Of a stretch of DNA of 64,000 nucleotides, positions 11,695-24,390 are shown piece by piece. The notes beneath the pieces were generated by a model. It ran no database searches and was not told the DNA's origin. It saw only the letters and a list, made by a program, of their open reading frames with translations. The position numbers were made by a program, and so were the translations under genes. Position 1 is the first letter of the stretch; each line of letters opens with the position of its first letter. The DNA comes from Vicugna vicugna (taxonomy: Eukaryota): the NCBI GenBank assembly GCA_013265495.1, contig MU062133.1, forward strand, positions 9,526,182-9,590,181, written 5' to 3'.

Positions 11695-13380
11695 TGTATT
11701 GTATATTTAGGAATTGCCAAGAGAGTATACTTCAAAAGTTCTCATCACAAGAAAAAAAAATTCATAACCTGCGAGGTGACAGACATCAGCCAAACTTACT
11801 GTGCTAATCATTTCACAATATATACATACATCAAATCATTATGTTGCACACCTTAAAGTAATGCAATGCTATATGTCAATTACATCTTAATACAACTGGA
11901 AAAAAGACTTACAGCAACTTTGAATAAAGGAAAAAAGTTTTACAGTAAAATCTACAAAAAAAAACCAAAACAAAACAAAACAAAAAACCCCTCAAGCAAT
12001 AAATGTACGTGCTTACTTCTAAAACTGAGAATTAACCAAGAAAGAAGCTACTATCTCCATCTCTATTTCATATTGTGCTGGAGGTCATACCCAGTGTAAT
12101 GAGGCAAGAAATTTAAAAGACATAAGGTTTGGGAAGAAAGGAATAAAAACAACCATTAATTTTCAGATGACAAAGAGCACGTAAAGATATCTAAAATAAT
12201 CTAGTCAAACTATTAGAAATAGGAGTTGAATTTGACAAGTTCACTTTTTACAGCTATTATATAAAAACCAATTGTCTTTCTTTAAAACAAAACAACTAAA
12301 AAGAAATAAAATGTTTCAAATGCCATCATTTACAAAGCAAATTCTTTAAATAGAACACAAAAAGCACCAATCCATAAAAGAAAAGATTTGACTAGTTTAA
12401 AATCAAGAACAGCTCTTCATTAAAAGACATAAACCATGGACTAAGAAGATATTTGCAATGCATATATTCAATAAAGGATTCCAGAATATATTAAGAATGT
12501 CTACAAATAATAGGATAAAGACACCCAATGCAATAGAAATGTGGGCAAAAGCCCTAAATGTGTGTTTCATACACACACACATACACATACACACACAGTT
12601 ACACAATCCAAAGGGCCCCAAAAATGTGGTAGAGTGCTTAACCTCATTAATTATCAGATAACAGCAAATTAATACCACAACTGGATGCCACTACACAAAA
12701 ATCACAATGGCTACAGTTCAAAAAAATCTAAAAATACAAGTGCTGCAGAGGAAGCAACTAAAACTCTCACTCAGCACTGGTGGGAACGTCAATTTGTAAA
12801 CCACGTGAGAAACTGTTTTGATAGCATTTGCTAAAGCTTAGCCGAAGTTTATCTTTTGGCACAGCAATTCCATCCCTAGGTGTACATCCAATAGAAATGT
12901 ACACATTTGGGCACTGAGAGACAGAAGACAGAATATAGCAGCGCTATTCCTAAAATTAAATGCAAAAAACAATCCACATTTTCCTCAACAGGAAAATGGA
13001 TAAATTGCAGTATTCGTAAAACTGGAAAGTATACAGTAATAAGCCACTGTGATATGCAACAACATGGGTGAATTTCAAAGAGAAATGTTAAGAGCAAGAA
13101 GGCAGTGACAAAATAATATGTAACATGTGATTCCACTTCTATAAATTTCAAAAATGGCCAAAATTACCTGATGCTGTCATAAGGTAAGATGCTGGTTAAC
13201 TCTGAGGAGGGTAAAGACTGGAAGGAGGCATGTGAAAAGTTTCCAGGTTGCTACAATATTCTATTTTTTTATCTGGGGGGTGGTTACAGGTGTGTTCACT
13301 TTTTGAAAAGCCTCTGAACTGTGTATTTATGACTGGTGTACAATTCCTCTTGTATCTCATTTCTTAATAAAAAGCTTAGA
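11695..13380 (+). mobile_element. L1 fragments: L1MA/MB-type 3' end with A tail (about 11695-11905) and older L1M ORF2 to 3'UTR (about 11995-13380)
   Basis: aaagttctcatcacaagaaaaaaaa...tatatgtcaattacatcttaata; gtgggcaaaagccctaaa; ggtgtacatccaatagaaatg. Confidence 0.85.
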
Positions 13381-13802
13381 CATGTATGTATGTATATATG
13401 TATGTACCTATATAGACAGGATAACCTACATTGAGCCAGGCTTCATAAAGTTAGAAGGCATGTAAGAAGGCTAGCTCACCAGTACCATATACCATTCCTT
13501 CACAATATGCAACCCATCGTGTCTGAAAGAACTCATAATTAAAGTAATTCCAGAATTACACAGAGACTGTTGTGAAGTCGGGAATCCCAGTACAGTAAGA
13601 CCTTTTTTATTTAACAGCTATGGAAACAGTTTCACATCCACTGTTAAATCACTTCATAGATATAAACATGTTGAAGCAAAGTTTGTTAAAAGAAAAAAAA
13701 AACCTACTTTTAATAATAAACATTATCCTATCTCAAACAGACTGAAAATTCAGTTGGAGAAAAACGTGATCCCTCCTCCCGCAACCACACACATAAACAC
13801 AC

Positions 13803-14188
13803 TGTGGGTTTGCAAACTGGCCCCGGTACACGGAGGGCAAGGAGAGACCAAAGGAAGAGGCAGACCTCTCCAAACTGGGAGGTGGCAGGTCGGAAAAGCA
13901 AGGGAACTTACCTGTGAGGCTGGTCTTGAGCAGCTGCAAGATGAGAAGATCTCGGTTCCTGCCGGGCAGAATCTTAAAAGTGTGCAGAAAGGCTGTAACT
14001 GGGTTCCATCACGTATTCAGTCCAGAGGGTCTCGGCGACACCTTACTCGCTCAAGGCTGCGTCCTTGAGAAGCTCCCACTGTGGGAATGTGGGGTGAAAT
14101 GTACATTCTGGGAGGGCGGGAGGGGAGGAGCCTCCCATTGCCCGGGTTCAGCTCCCTGGTCATGTCCTCTTGATGACCTCCTGCAACG
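13803..14188 (-). mobile_element. 3' LTR of the ERV (CpG-rich; GC-box; internal splice donor CAG|GTAAGT at 13912/13911)
   Basis: Aligns by eye with 15835-16223 and directly follows the PPT on the minus strand. Confidence 0.85.
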
Positions 14189-14519
14189 CTCCACCCGTCC
14201 TGACCGACTCTTACCATATTATACATGCCTCTCTCCTCTGCAACGTCCCCTGAGAGGTCAGCAGGCGGTTTCACTAGCACGGGGGCAGCTCGTTCGGTGG
14301 CTACCTGGCTGCACTGGAAACAGATACCACAGCAACAACATAGCAACTTGCAAGTGAAAACGCAGATTAAGATAATGATTTCCAAAATAAGTTAACAATT
14401 TTTTTTTCCATCAAGAGCCCCATGATCCGAACCACTCATTTATTAAAACCCCTTGACTGGGCGGCTAGGGGTTGGATCACTCCAGGCGTTCACTTGTGTC
14501 CTCATTAAAAAAAGATGCT

Positions 14520-14640
14520 ACGTTAGCAGACTCATCATGTATGAAAATATGACATTCTGTTTGGATAATGGCGTAGGTGCCTCCTTGCAAGGCAGTGATA
14601 ATGTCCGAGGCGATCCTATTTTCGAGGACAGCTTTTCTCA
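14520..14640 (-). pseudogene. ERV env transmembrane-subunit remnant (immunosuppressive domain)
   Basis: Translation RKAVLENRIASDIITALQGGTYAIIQTECHIFIHDESANV matches the gamma-type LQNRxxLD ISD and CX6CC region. Frameshifts and stops on both sides. Confidence 0.85.
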
Positions 14641-15059
14641 TTAGAGACATTTAGTGCTCAGTAAGGAAAGGCTTTGTCAGCTTGCTGGGTGAATTTAGCA
14701 AGTGTGCTATGATGTCCTCCAGGCCAGTGGAGGGAACAGAGATAACAGTTACATGATGGTCCCAATGGAAAACAGGTGGTGTCCACCTGACCTTAAGAAG
14801 AGGGAGGTGGGCGGCTTTAGGAACTTGACCTGGTTGGGCCCACCATACATGCTGGCCACGGGAGGCAGCAATGTCAGGTGAGAGGAAATGGACCGAGGAC
14901 AAGATGTGCCGGACCAGGACCCCTATTTTCTCTTCTTCCAGTGATGCATGTTCCAAATATAGTGTATTTCAACAGGTCCAGCTTGCAGCAGGGCAATGGA
15001 ATCTCAGGGGAGCCTGAGTAGTTCACTGTCACTCGGACAGCAGTCTAGCTCATCCAATC

Positions 15060-15830
15060 AAGGCGGTTTGACCTGTTAGTGATTTAACCTACTATTTTAA
15101 TAGTCCATTTTGTTTCTGCCCATCTTGTTGCTTACAGGTTACAAGAGACATGGAACCCCCATTCAACAGTCTGTTAGTATGTCTAGCCTTGCATCTCGTG
15201 GCCTTTGAAATATGAACCCCCAATCAGTGTTTATCTGATGAGGGTGTCTGCTCATGGTACTTCGCTTTTCTAACCATCTAACGGTGGCAGCCGGCTTTGT
15301 GCGGCAACAAGGGGAAGCTTGGGCGAGGCCAGATACGGTGTCCATATAAACCAAGGCACATTTGGAGGCCGCTCTCTGAGGGGAAAATCAATATAATCAA
15401 CTTGTCAATCCCTCACCAGTTGAGAACTCCGGAGGGTGGTCCCAGACCCCTTAGGCAGTTGCCTTGGGCATTGTTGAGAACACACAGGACAGGCTTTTAC
15501 TATGTTAACCAAGTCACTGTATTTCAAGGACAGTTGACATCCTTGGCAATAAGGGTGCTGTGGTAGCTGCTTTTCCTGTGCACCCAATCCGTTGTATCTA
15601 CCAAAGGGTCAGCTGCTAGGGTCCATGCCCAGCCTGGGGCATCAGCTTTCTGATTACCAGGGGTATCAGAACGTTAGGAGCCAGGATGTGAAAAACGGGA
15701 GAACTGCCTCACGCTTTTGCAGATGAATCCAAGTATCTTCCACAAATCCTGCCCCACAAAGATGTTCATGATGATCCAGCCCTTGGCTTCTCATTGTCCA
15801 AGTCATCGAGTTAATCCCTTTAGAACAGAG
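15060..15830 (-). pseudogene. ERV pol remnant (RNase H end and integrase core)
   Basis: GQDLW..., PGNQKADA, ACPVC, (W>*)QVDYI, DTVSG, INTDWG motifs with stops and frameshifts. Confidence 0.85.
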
Positions 15831-15834
15831 CAAC

Positions 15835-16223
15835 TGTCAGGGAGAGACCAAAGAAACAGCCAGGGAAGGACCAAGAAAGAGGCAGACCACTCCAGGTTGG
15901 CAGGTGGCAGACTTAACAAGCAAGGAAACTAACATATGAGACTTGTCTTGGTGGCTACAAGATGAGTAGATCTCCACCCCTGCCCACTAGAGTCTTAAAA
16001 GTGCGTAGAGAGGCCTGAACTGGGCTCAGTCATGTGTTCAGTCCAGATGGTCTAAACAACACCTGACTTTTTCAAGGCTGCATCCTTGAAACAGCTTCTA
16101 GAGTGGGAATGGTGGGCAGAACACACATTCCAAGAACAGGGAATGGGGTAAGGAACCTCTGATTGCTTGGCTCCAGCTCACATGTCAACTAGCAGTCACA
16201 TCTCTCCATGACCTCCTCAAACA
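15835..16223 (-). mobile_element. 5' LTR of the ERV (CpG-depleted; U5 end, PBS, gag, pro and RT appear deleted)
   Basis: Homologous to 13803-14188. No TGG primer-binding site follows; RNase H-like sequence is adjacent. Confidence 0.8.
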
Positions 16224-17639
16224 CAAACACACACATACCCCTTCCCTTTCTGTTGTAATGACAGGGCACAGACGAGGCAGGCAGAGAGATTACTTAAAAT
16301 CCACACAGGGATTTGGGTGAAATGCATGGAGTAAGGGTGGGGCACAATTATAATGTCAGAGCCTCACAGTCAGGCGTCTGATCTCCAACCTTCAATCCAG
16401 ACACCTCGTCTTATCAAGGAACCTAGAGCTGAATAAACTTCGAGACATGAGTCAATTAACTAACGTCATAGTGAACTGACATAGAACACTAATGCCGTAT
16501 CATTAATTAATAATAAAGAAAGCTGCTAAGCAAGTCAGAATATTCTCATTGTCCTGTCAGTATACACTCTCACCGTCCTAAATAGGAACATAAGAAGTCA
16601 GGATACGCTCAGAATCTGGCAAGAGAAATGGGTGGCTTAATTTTGACGACAGTGGCATTGACCTACCAGTGGATTCATCCCCCCTGGATCATATACAGCT
16701 GGCTGTGGAACCAGACACGTAAGCAGGTGCCTTCCCCTTGGAGTAATGAGAGAGGAACATAGGTAATTCTAGGCTCTCACACCAATTTTGTAAACTTCAT
16801 GCAGTTCTGTCCTTATTGATTCACTCAGCCTCCTCTGCACATAATCATTGTGTTGGTCAAGCCTGTTTATGTGTGAATATTATTAGTTGAATCCTCCAAA
16901 AACAGACTTCCAAGTTCTAGGTATATTTAAATCCAATTCTCTGTGAACAAACCTCAGGATTCTATCAGAGAGGAGAAATATATTGAAGAACACATATTTA
17001 ATTAATGATTTCCATTAATATATGTGAAAATGGAAGTCTCGTGAGAATGATTATTGGATATCTAGTTTAAAAATAATGCAAAGGGGCACATCCCATAGAA
17101 GTATTCTCATGGCTGAAGATACATATTCCATGCTTGCTTGAAAAGGGGCTTTTGCCAAAACTTGAGAACTCCAAAGCTCCCTCGAGGGGTCCTCATACCA
17201 ATCCCGCCAATAGGTCTGGGGGACACTAACCTGACACAGGTTACAACGAGACTTCCTCCTTCCAGGCTGGGAATCAGTGGATGCGTTTTATCCTGTGAAT
17301 TGATTAGAAGTCAACAGGAATGTGAGACCTAATTAAATATATAAGCAGAAATCACTTTTTAAAATTCTACAAGCCAATAAAACCTGCGGAGAGTAACACT
17401 GAAGACACCTACATTGTTCAGTTCTTCCAGAAAAAAAGCAGTCAGTAAATCATTCAGATTATGGTCTAACACAAAGCATTTGAATATTTACGTCATTCAT
17501 AGTAAGTGACTGTCTGACATACCCCAATTGGACACTTTGTACATTCTAGATGCTGCATTATCATGCAAATATCCTTGGACACTGGGGAGCATCCTGACAC
17601 AACAGTGTACATCTTATTTAAAATCAAGGTAGTAAAGTC

Positions 17640-17735
17640 TTGCAGGGTGTCCACTGCACAACTCCAGGAGGCACCATTTGCACAAACTATGAAAGGATTC
17701 TATAAATGGGGCCCTGGAAGTTATACCATGTGGCT
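17640..17735. mobile_element. hAT (MER91-like) MITE remnant
   Basis: cactgcacaactccaggaggcaccatt...aatggggccctggaagtt internal inverted structure. Confidence 0.5.
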
Positions 17736-18254
17736 GTCTTAAGATATTCTGAATCTGATGAGAAAAGAAAAGAAATTTCATAAAGATTGGTAGGTGGCCA
17801 CACTATAAAAATAGAAAAAAAATTATAGTATAATTTTATTAACTGACTGATACTTCTGACAATTCACCTGGAATACCACACGTTACTAACCCCAAATTTC
17901 ACAGGACACTAAGCCAGGAGAGGGTACCACAGAACCCATATTCTATCTGAGGACTCCTTTGTTTTCAATTACATTTTCCTACAGACACAACTGTTTTGTG
18001 TATTTTTGAAATATCTTTGTTTTCTTTTCCATTCATATTTATAACCTTTACAGCTCTATTTATATGATTTGTATGTCTTCCCAAATATTCTTAACACCTT
18101 CCAATTTAACATCACTGAAAAAGGCGTTATTGTGCTTTCAGCGCTGCTTCCTCGTCATTAATAAAGACATTACATTTTTAAAAAATCCACCCTTGTTAAG
18201 CACATTTTTGCAACTTCAAATTATATAAAACCTAAAACATGAGTAATTTGAAGA

Positions 18255-18394
18255 NNNNNNNNNNNNNNNNNNNNNNNNNNNNNNNNNNNNNNNNNNNNNN
18301 NNNNNNNNNNNNNNNNNNNNNNNNNNNNNNNNNNNNNNNNNNNNNNNNNNNNNNNNNNNNNNNNNNNNNNNNNNNNNNNNNNNNNNNNNNNNNN
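18255..18394. other. Assembly gap (N run)
   Basis: Run of n. Confidence 1.
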
Positions 18395-18470
18395 TATAGG
18401 ATGAGTGCTATAACTTAATCCTCTCTATTCATCTCTGGATTTAGTTATTCTAACAAGAATGCTATTTAGT

Positions 18471-18520
18471 TGTGTGTGTGTGTGTGTGTGTGCGCGCGCG
18501 CGCACGCGCGCGCGTGCGCG
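18471..18520. repeat. (TG)n(CG)n alternating purine-pyrimidine tract, potential Z-DNA
   Basis: tgtg...tgcgcgcgcgcgcacgcgcgcgcgtgcgcg, 50 bp of unbroken alternation. Confidence 0.9.
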
Positions 18521-19078
18521 GTGAGGGATAGTGGCGTTGGGGGATGGAGTGTGCTTTTTAAAACATAAACAATTTACAAATATAGATTTACTATTCTGGG
18601 AGAGAGCAGAATTAAAGTGACAAAGAAATGAGCTCTGGCTCTGACCATCATGTGAACTGACAGAAGGAAAAAGGTGGACATCACAACAGTATCCACCTTA
18701 GACCAAGGTAAGCATGGCCCTTGCCTCAGGGGGCTTGGTGCTTTGAAGCCTATTTCTCAAAATTTTCTAATTTCAGCTCTGGTCACACGCTGGTGCCTGG
18801 GACTAGCTGGAGTTGGCAGTGTCCGGGAGCAGAGTACCCTGAGTCCCGACCAGGACGCACGTGGGCCCCAATCTCTGTTTCCCTCCTTCACATCATTCTG
18901 CCATTTTCCCGCTTGTCAGTCCACCTGGGGCCAACCAGTTGCACAGATGTGCTCAAGGGGTGGAGAATATGAGGTCATTCCAGGTCCGATGGTTGGACCC
19001 GAGACCCAGGAAGACGACACAAATTGTTCATACAGACAGGGGTCTTGAAAAAAAGAAGTATTTACCATACTCTATGGT

Positions 19079-19095
19079 AACACTAGGGGGCGCTC
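19079..19095 (+). promoter_or_regulatory. CTCF core motif
   Basis: aacactagggggcgctc matches CCACYAGGGGGCGC at all but the first position and retains its CpG. Confidence 0.6.
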
Positions 19096-19367
19096 TGTAT
19101 TAGAGTGCTTAGATTAAAGGAAATTCTTGTTAGTCTCAGAAAAATTCTATACAAAAGAAAGTCATTATAAACTCTATCCAGAGAAGTTTTTTTCTAAGAT
19201 TTTAAATGAATCTGGCTACAGAGTGTCTACACTTGGTTTGCAATCATAACATAATAAAGTCTTGACACTGTCTGGTTATATAAAAAGGCTCCTATACATT
19301 TTTCTTTTCTTTGAAGAAGTTTGTAAAATGACCACACATTTGATACCTAATAAGCAAGTCCAAGGGT

Positions 19368-19695
19368 AGATGTGGTTAATGTCTACAATCAGTTGACTTT
19401 AAAAGAACATTTTAAAGGACATACTCCTCAATAGTGTGGGTGTGTCTATTCCAAGCAGCTGAAGGACGTCGAAAGCAAGACTGAGATTTACTTAAGACAG
19501 AAGAAATTCCAGCTCTGCACTGCAGCAGCAGCTGGTGTCTGAGGGTTTCCAGCCTCCCACCTGCCCTACAGATTTTGGACTTGTCAGCCCTCATAACCAT
19601 GTAGGCCAGTTTACTGAAATCTGTATCTGCCTACCTACCTGTCCATCTATCCAAACTACTGGTTCTGTTTCTCTGGTAGGAGCCTAATTGATACA
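19368..19695 (+). mobile_element. MLT2-type (ERVL) solo LTR
   Basis: caatcagttgacttt...ctgccctacagattttggacttgtcagccctcataaccatgt...ggttctgtttctctgg...taattgataca. Confidence 0.8.
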
Positions 19696-21409
19696 GGACA
19701 AGTTTCTCTCTCCAAGATGCTCAAGTACCTTTCTTGACATTGAGTCTCCTTGGGCCAATGTGGAAGGAAGCCCTACCTTCACTCAGCCAATCGCTGTGCT
19801 CAGAGGAACTGGAACACACCGATCGGCCCGATCAGCTGGGTCACAAGCCCACCCCTAGACCCAGGTTAAGTCATCTCCCTCAAGAGCACAAACAAAGAAT
19901 GAGAAACAACTCAGCAAAGAAAACGTGCGTCCTTTTACAGGGGGAAGTGATGCTGGACAGGTGTTCACACCAAAGGTCCAACAGTAAGGACCTTACACAC
20001 TTGCTCTGTCTCAAAACTGGCATTAATAGGTGCCAAGCAGATTCATGTTGATAAAACTTCTGAATGTTTTCAGATCTTACCAACCTGGATTATATGTTCC
20101 GGCAGGAGTCAAAATTTCCTCCTAGAATGTAATTCACTCATATATCAGGTAACTTGAAGTGGATATACCAGGGTCTTTAAATGAAGCCCTTGAACATCTT
20201 TTTTTCCAGCAGACCAGTATAGAGCCATGACAGTTGAAGTTCATCTCCAGTTCTGCTGCCATCTCTTTTGCAGTGTCTGGCTATTTGTCCTGTTTCCTCG
20301 TTGCCACCTTGACATCTGGCATCTTATATCTGCACTGTTTCTCTTGTTTCTTGAATCTCTTAAGACTAGCAGCCGGCAAATTAGCATTTAATTGGCGGGC
20401 TTGATTCTGATCACAGTGGAGTTACACTAGTGAGGAAATGAAGAACTGGGCTCAGGGGTGAAGGAGGAAGGCCCCAGCATGGCCTGAGGATCCACCTGGA
20501 CTTGACTTCAGCATTGATGACACTGTTACCATCAAGGCAGTGTCATCCCAGAAGTCAAGAGGCTTCCCAGGCAGTGTATCCCAAGGGTCAAGTTTTATCA
20601 AGGAGAGAGGTCACGACAGCTGGAGCAACCCCAAATGTCTCGAGTCCTGAGTAGGCTGGGCTTGAGATGGACGCTGTGCAGTGGGTCAGGTTGGTTGTGG
20701 AAAAACTGGCATTCTGGGTAAAGACAGAATGATCAAAGATACCACTGAAAATAATCTCCTGTGTGGGACTGTGAGGTGCTCAGCCTGGCTAGGAAAGGGG
20801 GTATATTCTAAAACAGAGAGATGAGTATGGAAGGAGAGGCTGTCGCCAAACCGTGAAGAGCTCTGGCTGTCACTGGCTGTCACTCATAATAATACAAGCT
20901 GGGAAAGAGGAACACCTTTTTTACCCAGGAAGGAACATGATAAAACAGATGTTTTAAGAAGAATTGTTCGGTGTCTCTGTTATAGAGACAGGCTGCAACC
21001 AGGAGGAGCTGCAAAACATTGTAACAAATGCAGCTTGAAATCGAAACAAATAGTCGGTACCATTCATTGGGGATTTGTGCTACCTTGCAGTGCTCAAAGA
21101 ATCCTTTCAAAAATATGGGATTATAATGGAAAAGTAATGGGAAAATTGAAATATATTATGAAAGCATCAGAAGCATGCACAGATTTTCGGCGCAGTAATG
21201 CTGGTGCAGTTATATGTATTGATTCCTCATTCAAATACAATTAAGCTTTGAAATCAACGGCATATGGATTCAGACAGTTGAAAATGATATATTTCTTCAG
21301 TGCTTAATAGATGTCCAAACTGTGTCTAGGAATGACAGAAAAGTGAGTAAATTGCTCTCCTTTAACTTTAGGCTAAATTAACTCTTTCTGGTTCAGTCTT
21401 CATTTGCAT

Positions 21410-24390
21410 TGTTCTTTACAGTTTTCACAGCATTTTCACACGGTTAATCTCTTTGGTCCTTTATAGTACCCCATTTTACCAACAAGAAAAATAAAGTCCA
21501 GAGATGGTAAATCATTTATCGCATGTGCCAAATGTGACTTAGTGGCAGAGCTAGATTAGAGCTTGGACCTAGACAACATTCAGCACAGAATGGGCCATTA
21601 GTCTGGCAGGTAACAGGGTGAAGCAAATCAAGACAAAGGTAACCCGTTCCAGAGAGACTGATGATGAATGCCTGAACCGAGGGAGAGCACGGAACTGTAG
21701 AAATGGGTAGAAGTGACTACTCAGACTCTACCTCATTTTTTCCCAAATTCTATATACTCTACGACCAAAAAAGACAGACAAGCTGAAGTTTCCCAGGAGT
21801 GGAAGCAGCTCCCCTTTGCTTTGCTCCCCCAGCACCAAGGCAGATTCCGTGGGTCAGTGCTCCCCACCTGGAGTCTCCATCATCCAACATGGTACAGAGG
21901 AGCCCAGTGCAGCAGACTGTCTGGCTCTCATCCCATTTTGGTGGGGAGGGGTGACCTCACCTTGTGTGGTACCAGATAATTAGGCCTTCTGCCATGGTTG
22001 TGTGGGTGAGGCATCCGGCTGACGGCTGAACAGGCTCGCATCCAATCTGTGTCCTTCTCCCCGAGCCAGGATTGCCCTGGTACACGGCTGTGTCCACCCT
22101 TCTTCTACAGAGCACAAAGAAGCTTTAACAATGGCCCCAAAGTGGCCCTGATATAAGGCAATTCCTGTAAAAGCTTTGGCCATAGTCTACCATGGAGCTG
22201 GGCTCCAGTGTGTTCTATCATGTGTAAGCGCTCTGTGAGCAAAAGAGAATAAATGTTAATCAAACGGGTCGAGCAATGACTCAAATTTATCAAAATACGT
22301 GTTATCCTTTTAGAAAAACATGTACTCATTTTACTGAAGAATCTAAAAGTGCGTGGGGGAAAGACATTTGTATGACACAGAGACCCAATGCGAAGACGAA
22401 GAGAAGAGGATGAAATAGCTCCATGTCCTTACCAACTTTCTTCCCATCCTGGGTGAGGCTAGTGAAACAGTTTACAGCTTCTAGAATCTAAGTGAATTCC
22501 AGCTTGTCCTTCCAGCTGCCCTTCTGAAACTGCCTCCTCCAATTTGTGCCCCACACTCAAACCCCCTCTCTCCTCCCTGTCACTTTGTACCAGCGAACTG
22601 TCAACTCTGGCGTCATTCTCGGAGACTGCTTAATGGCTTACATTTGGACCAACATCTCCAGCCTACATGGCATCTCTACTCCTTTCCTGCACCCAGCCTC
22701 TGCTCCCAGAATCCTCACAAATCCTCGGGGCGGGGAGGCATACTCTGAACACTGTAACACCAGAGGCAACTAGACTGGACCCAGATTAAATGTCTAAAGG
22801 TGTGTTTTGAGCCATATATATTTCAGACTTGAAAAAAGTGAAAGGCTGCCATCATGGGACCAAGGTAATTCATATAAAGGGACAGGGGCAGTAGAATATT
22901 TCAGAGGAAAAGCTCCCCATCAAACTAAAGCCCTCCCTTCATCATCTCCCTTGTGAGATTTGGCCATCAGGGTGTGTGGACGATGAACAGCAATTATCTG
23001 AATGAGTGTGCATAGTTAGTGGGAGTCAATAAATGTCCACTCCGGTACACACTGTCAGTTGCAATTTGCATCAACCCTCCTTCCTCATTGCAGGCTGATC
23101 TAGGTTGAGAGGGAAGGAGAGGCGTTGAAATATCCAGGCTTCATTAGTTAGCGTTTGAATGGAAGATGCTAGGAGCCAAGGGCAAGAGGTACACGAATGC
23201 AAGTCAAGAAATCAATGAAGCAGACTTCAGGACAGATGCTTGGGATGCTCTGACTTAATTCTGGGGAAAGGTAGTCAGGCTTAAAGCTAAATTTTAAAGA
23301 GCAGAATATAGATTTTCCCACTCCTTTGGTGCCTTGCCAGACATGTGAGCTCAGGTGACAATAATAGCAAAGCAACACTCGTTACATCCCAGGTTCTGTT
23401 TCAAATGCTTGACATGCTTTAACTAATTTAATTTCCATATCCTAAAAGGGAGGTACTACGATTGTCATCCCCATTTTGCAGATTTGAAAACTGTGGTACA
23501 AAGTGGTTAAGTACATTTGTCCAAGGTCACCTTGCAAGTAAGTGGCAAAGTTGGTACTTGGCTCTAAAGCGTATGGTATTAACTACTTATTACACTACCC
23601 TACATTCCCGAATTAGGACGGCACATCTTTCTTCTTTAAAATCATGAGAAATATATCAGAGACCATGAAAGCTAACAAAATGAGAGCTCCAAAAACCTGC
23701 CACGTGGAAATCAAAGTAGACAAAAGTTAGTCTTAACTGTGGAGAATGGCCTGAGGAATACCGCCCCTCAGTGGTAACATTTATTGTCCTTGCTGTGTCC
23801 TTCTGCCTGGAGTAGCATCACTGATTCCTTGTCCATGTTAATCCTCATAATCTGCGCTTTTCTTTTACATTTTAGTTGATCCCAGCATGGGTTATAAGGT
23901 TCATCCATCCTAATAACATCTCCTTATTCAGAATGGCCCTGGCTTCAGGAAAGATGAGATTCTGAAATGGGTGGGCAGGGTAAAAGAGATTGGGAGAAAG
24001 ACTTGGAAGGGAAGACCCTGGTTACAAAGACTGTAAAAGAAAGAAGGTGGGAGCTTTAAAAAAAAAAATGGAGTCACGATACTCTGAATCCAGAAATAAA
24101 TTGACTTGAACCCTGAAAAGCATAGAATGAATCCCCAGATTGAGAAATAGTGATATCCGTGTTTCAAATGCAAAGGAGAAAGGGTGTGAGTTGAATGGAT
24201 TTCCATAATTAGTATTTTTTAATTTACTTTAAATGCTAAGGAAATAGGCAAAATAAATGATTATCATGGATACATGCCATTGTCCTCCATATTCCATAGG
24301 TCAGGAAACTGCAGTCCAGAGACTTGAAGTGACTTGTCCAGAGGCACTCAGCTAGGGAGTGGCAGAGCCCCAAAGTGTACTCTGGCAGCA
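21410..24390 (-). mobile_element. Scattered MIR remnants (about 21410-21590, 23380-23600, 24250-24390)
   Basis: ccccattttgcagatttgaaaactgtggtacaaagtggttaagtacatttgtccaaggtcac and similar cores. Confidence 0.65.

Larger units (their letters stand above)
13803..16223 (-). mobile_element. Internally deleted endogenous retrovirus (class III/ERV-S-like): 5' LTR, RNase H and integrase remnant, env TM remnant, PPT, 3' LTR
   Basis: Homologous LTRs of about 390 bp at 15835-16223 and 13803-14188. Minus-strand translations: KACPVCSQ (IN zinc finger), *QVDYI, MDTVSG, INTDWG, RKAVLENRIASDIITALQGGTYAIIQTECHIFIHDESAN (env ISD plus degenerate CX6CC), LLCCCCGICFQC tail. PPT caggacgggtggag. Flanks cacac/caaac form an imperfect 5-bp TSD. 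Confidence 0.9.

Noticed and set aside
16561-16718. Plus-strand exon-like segment (ctgtcag| ... CAC|gtaagc)
   Set aside because: It is isolated, the frames open from the acceptor stop early, and I found no compatible neighbouring exon. Insufficient support.
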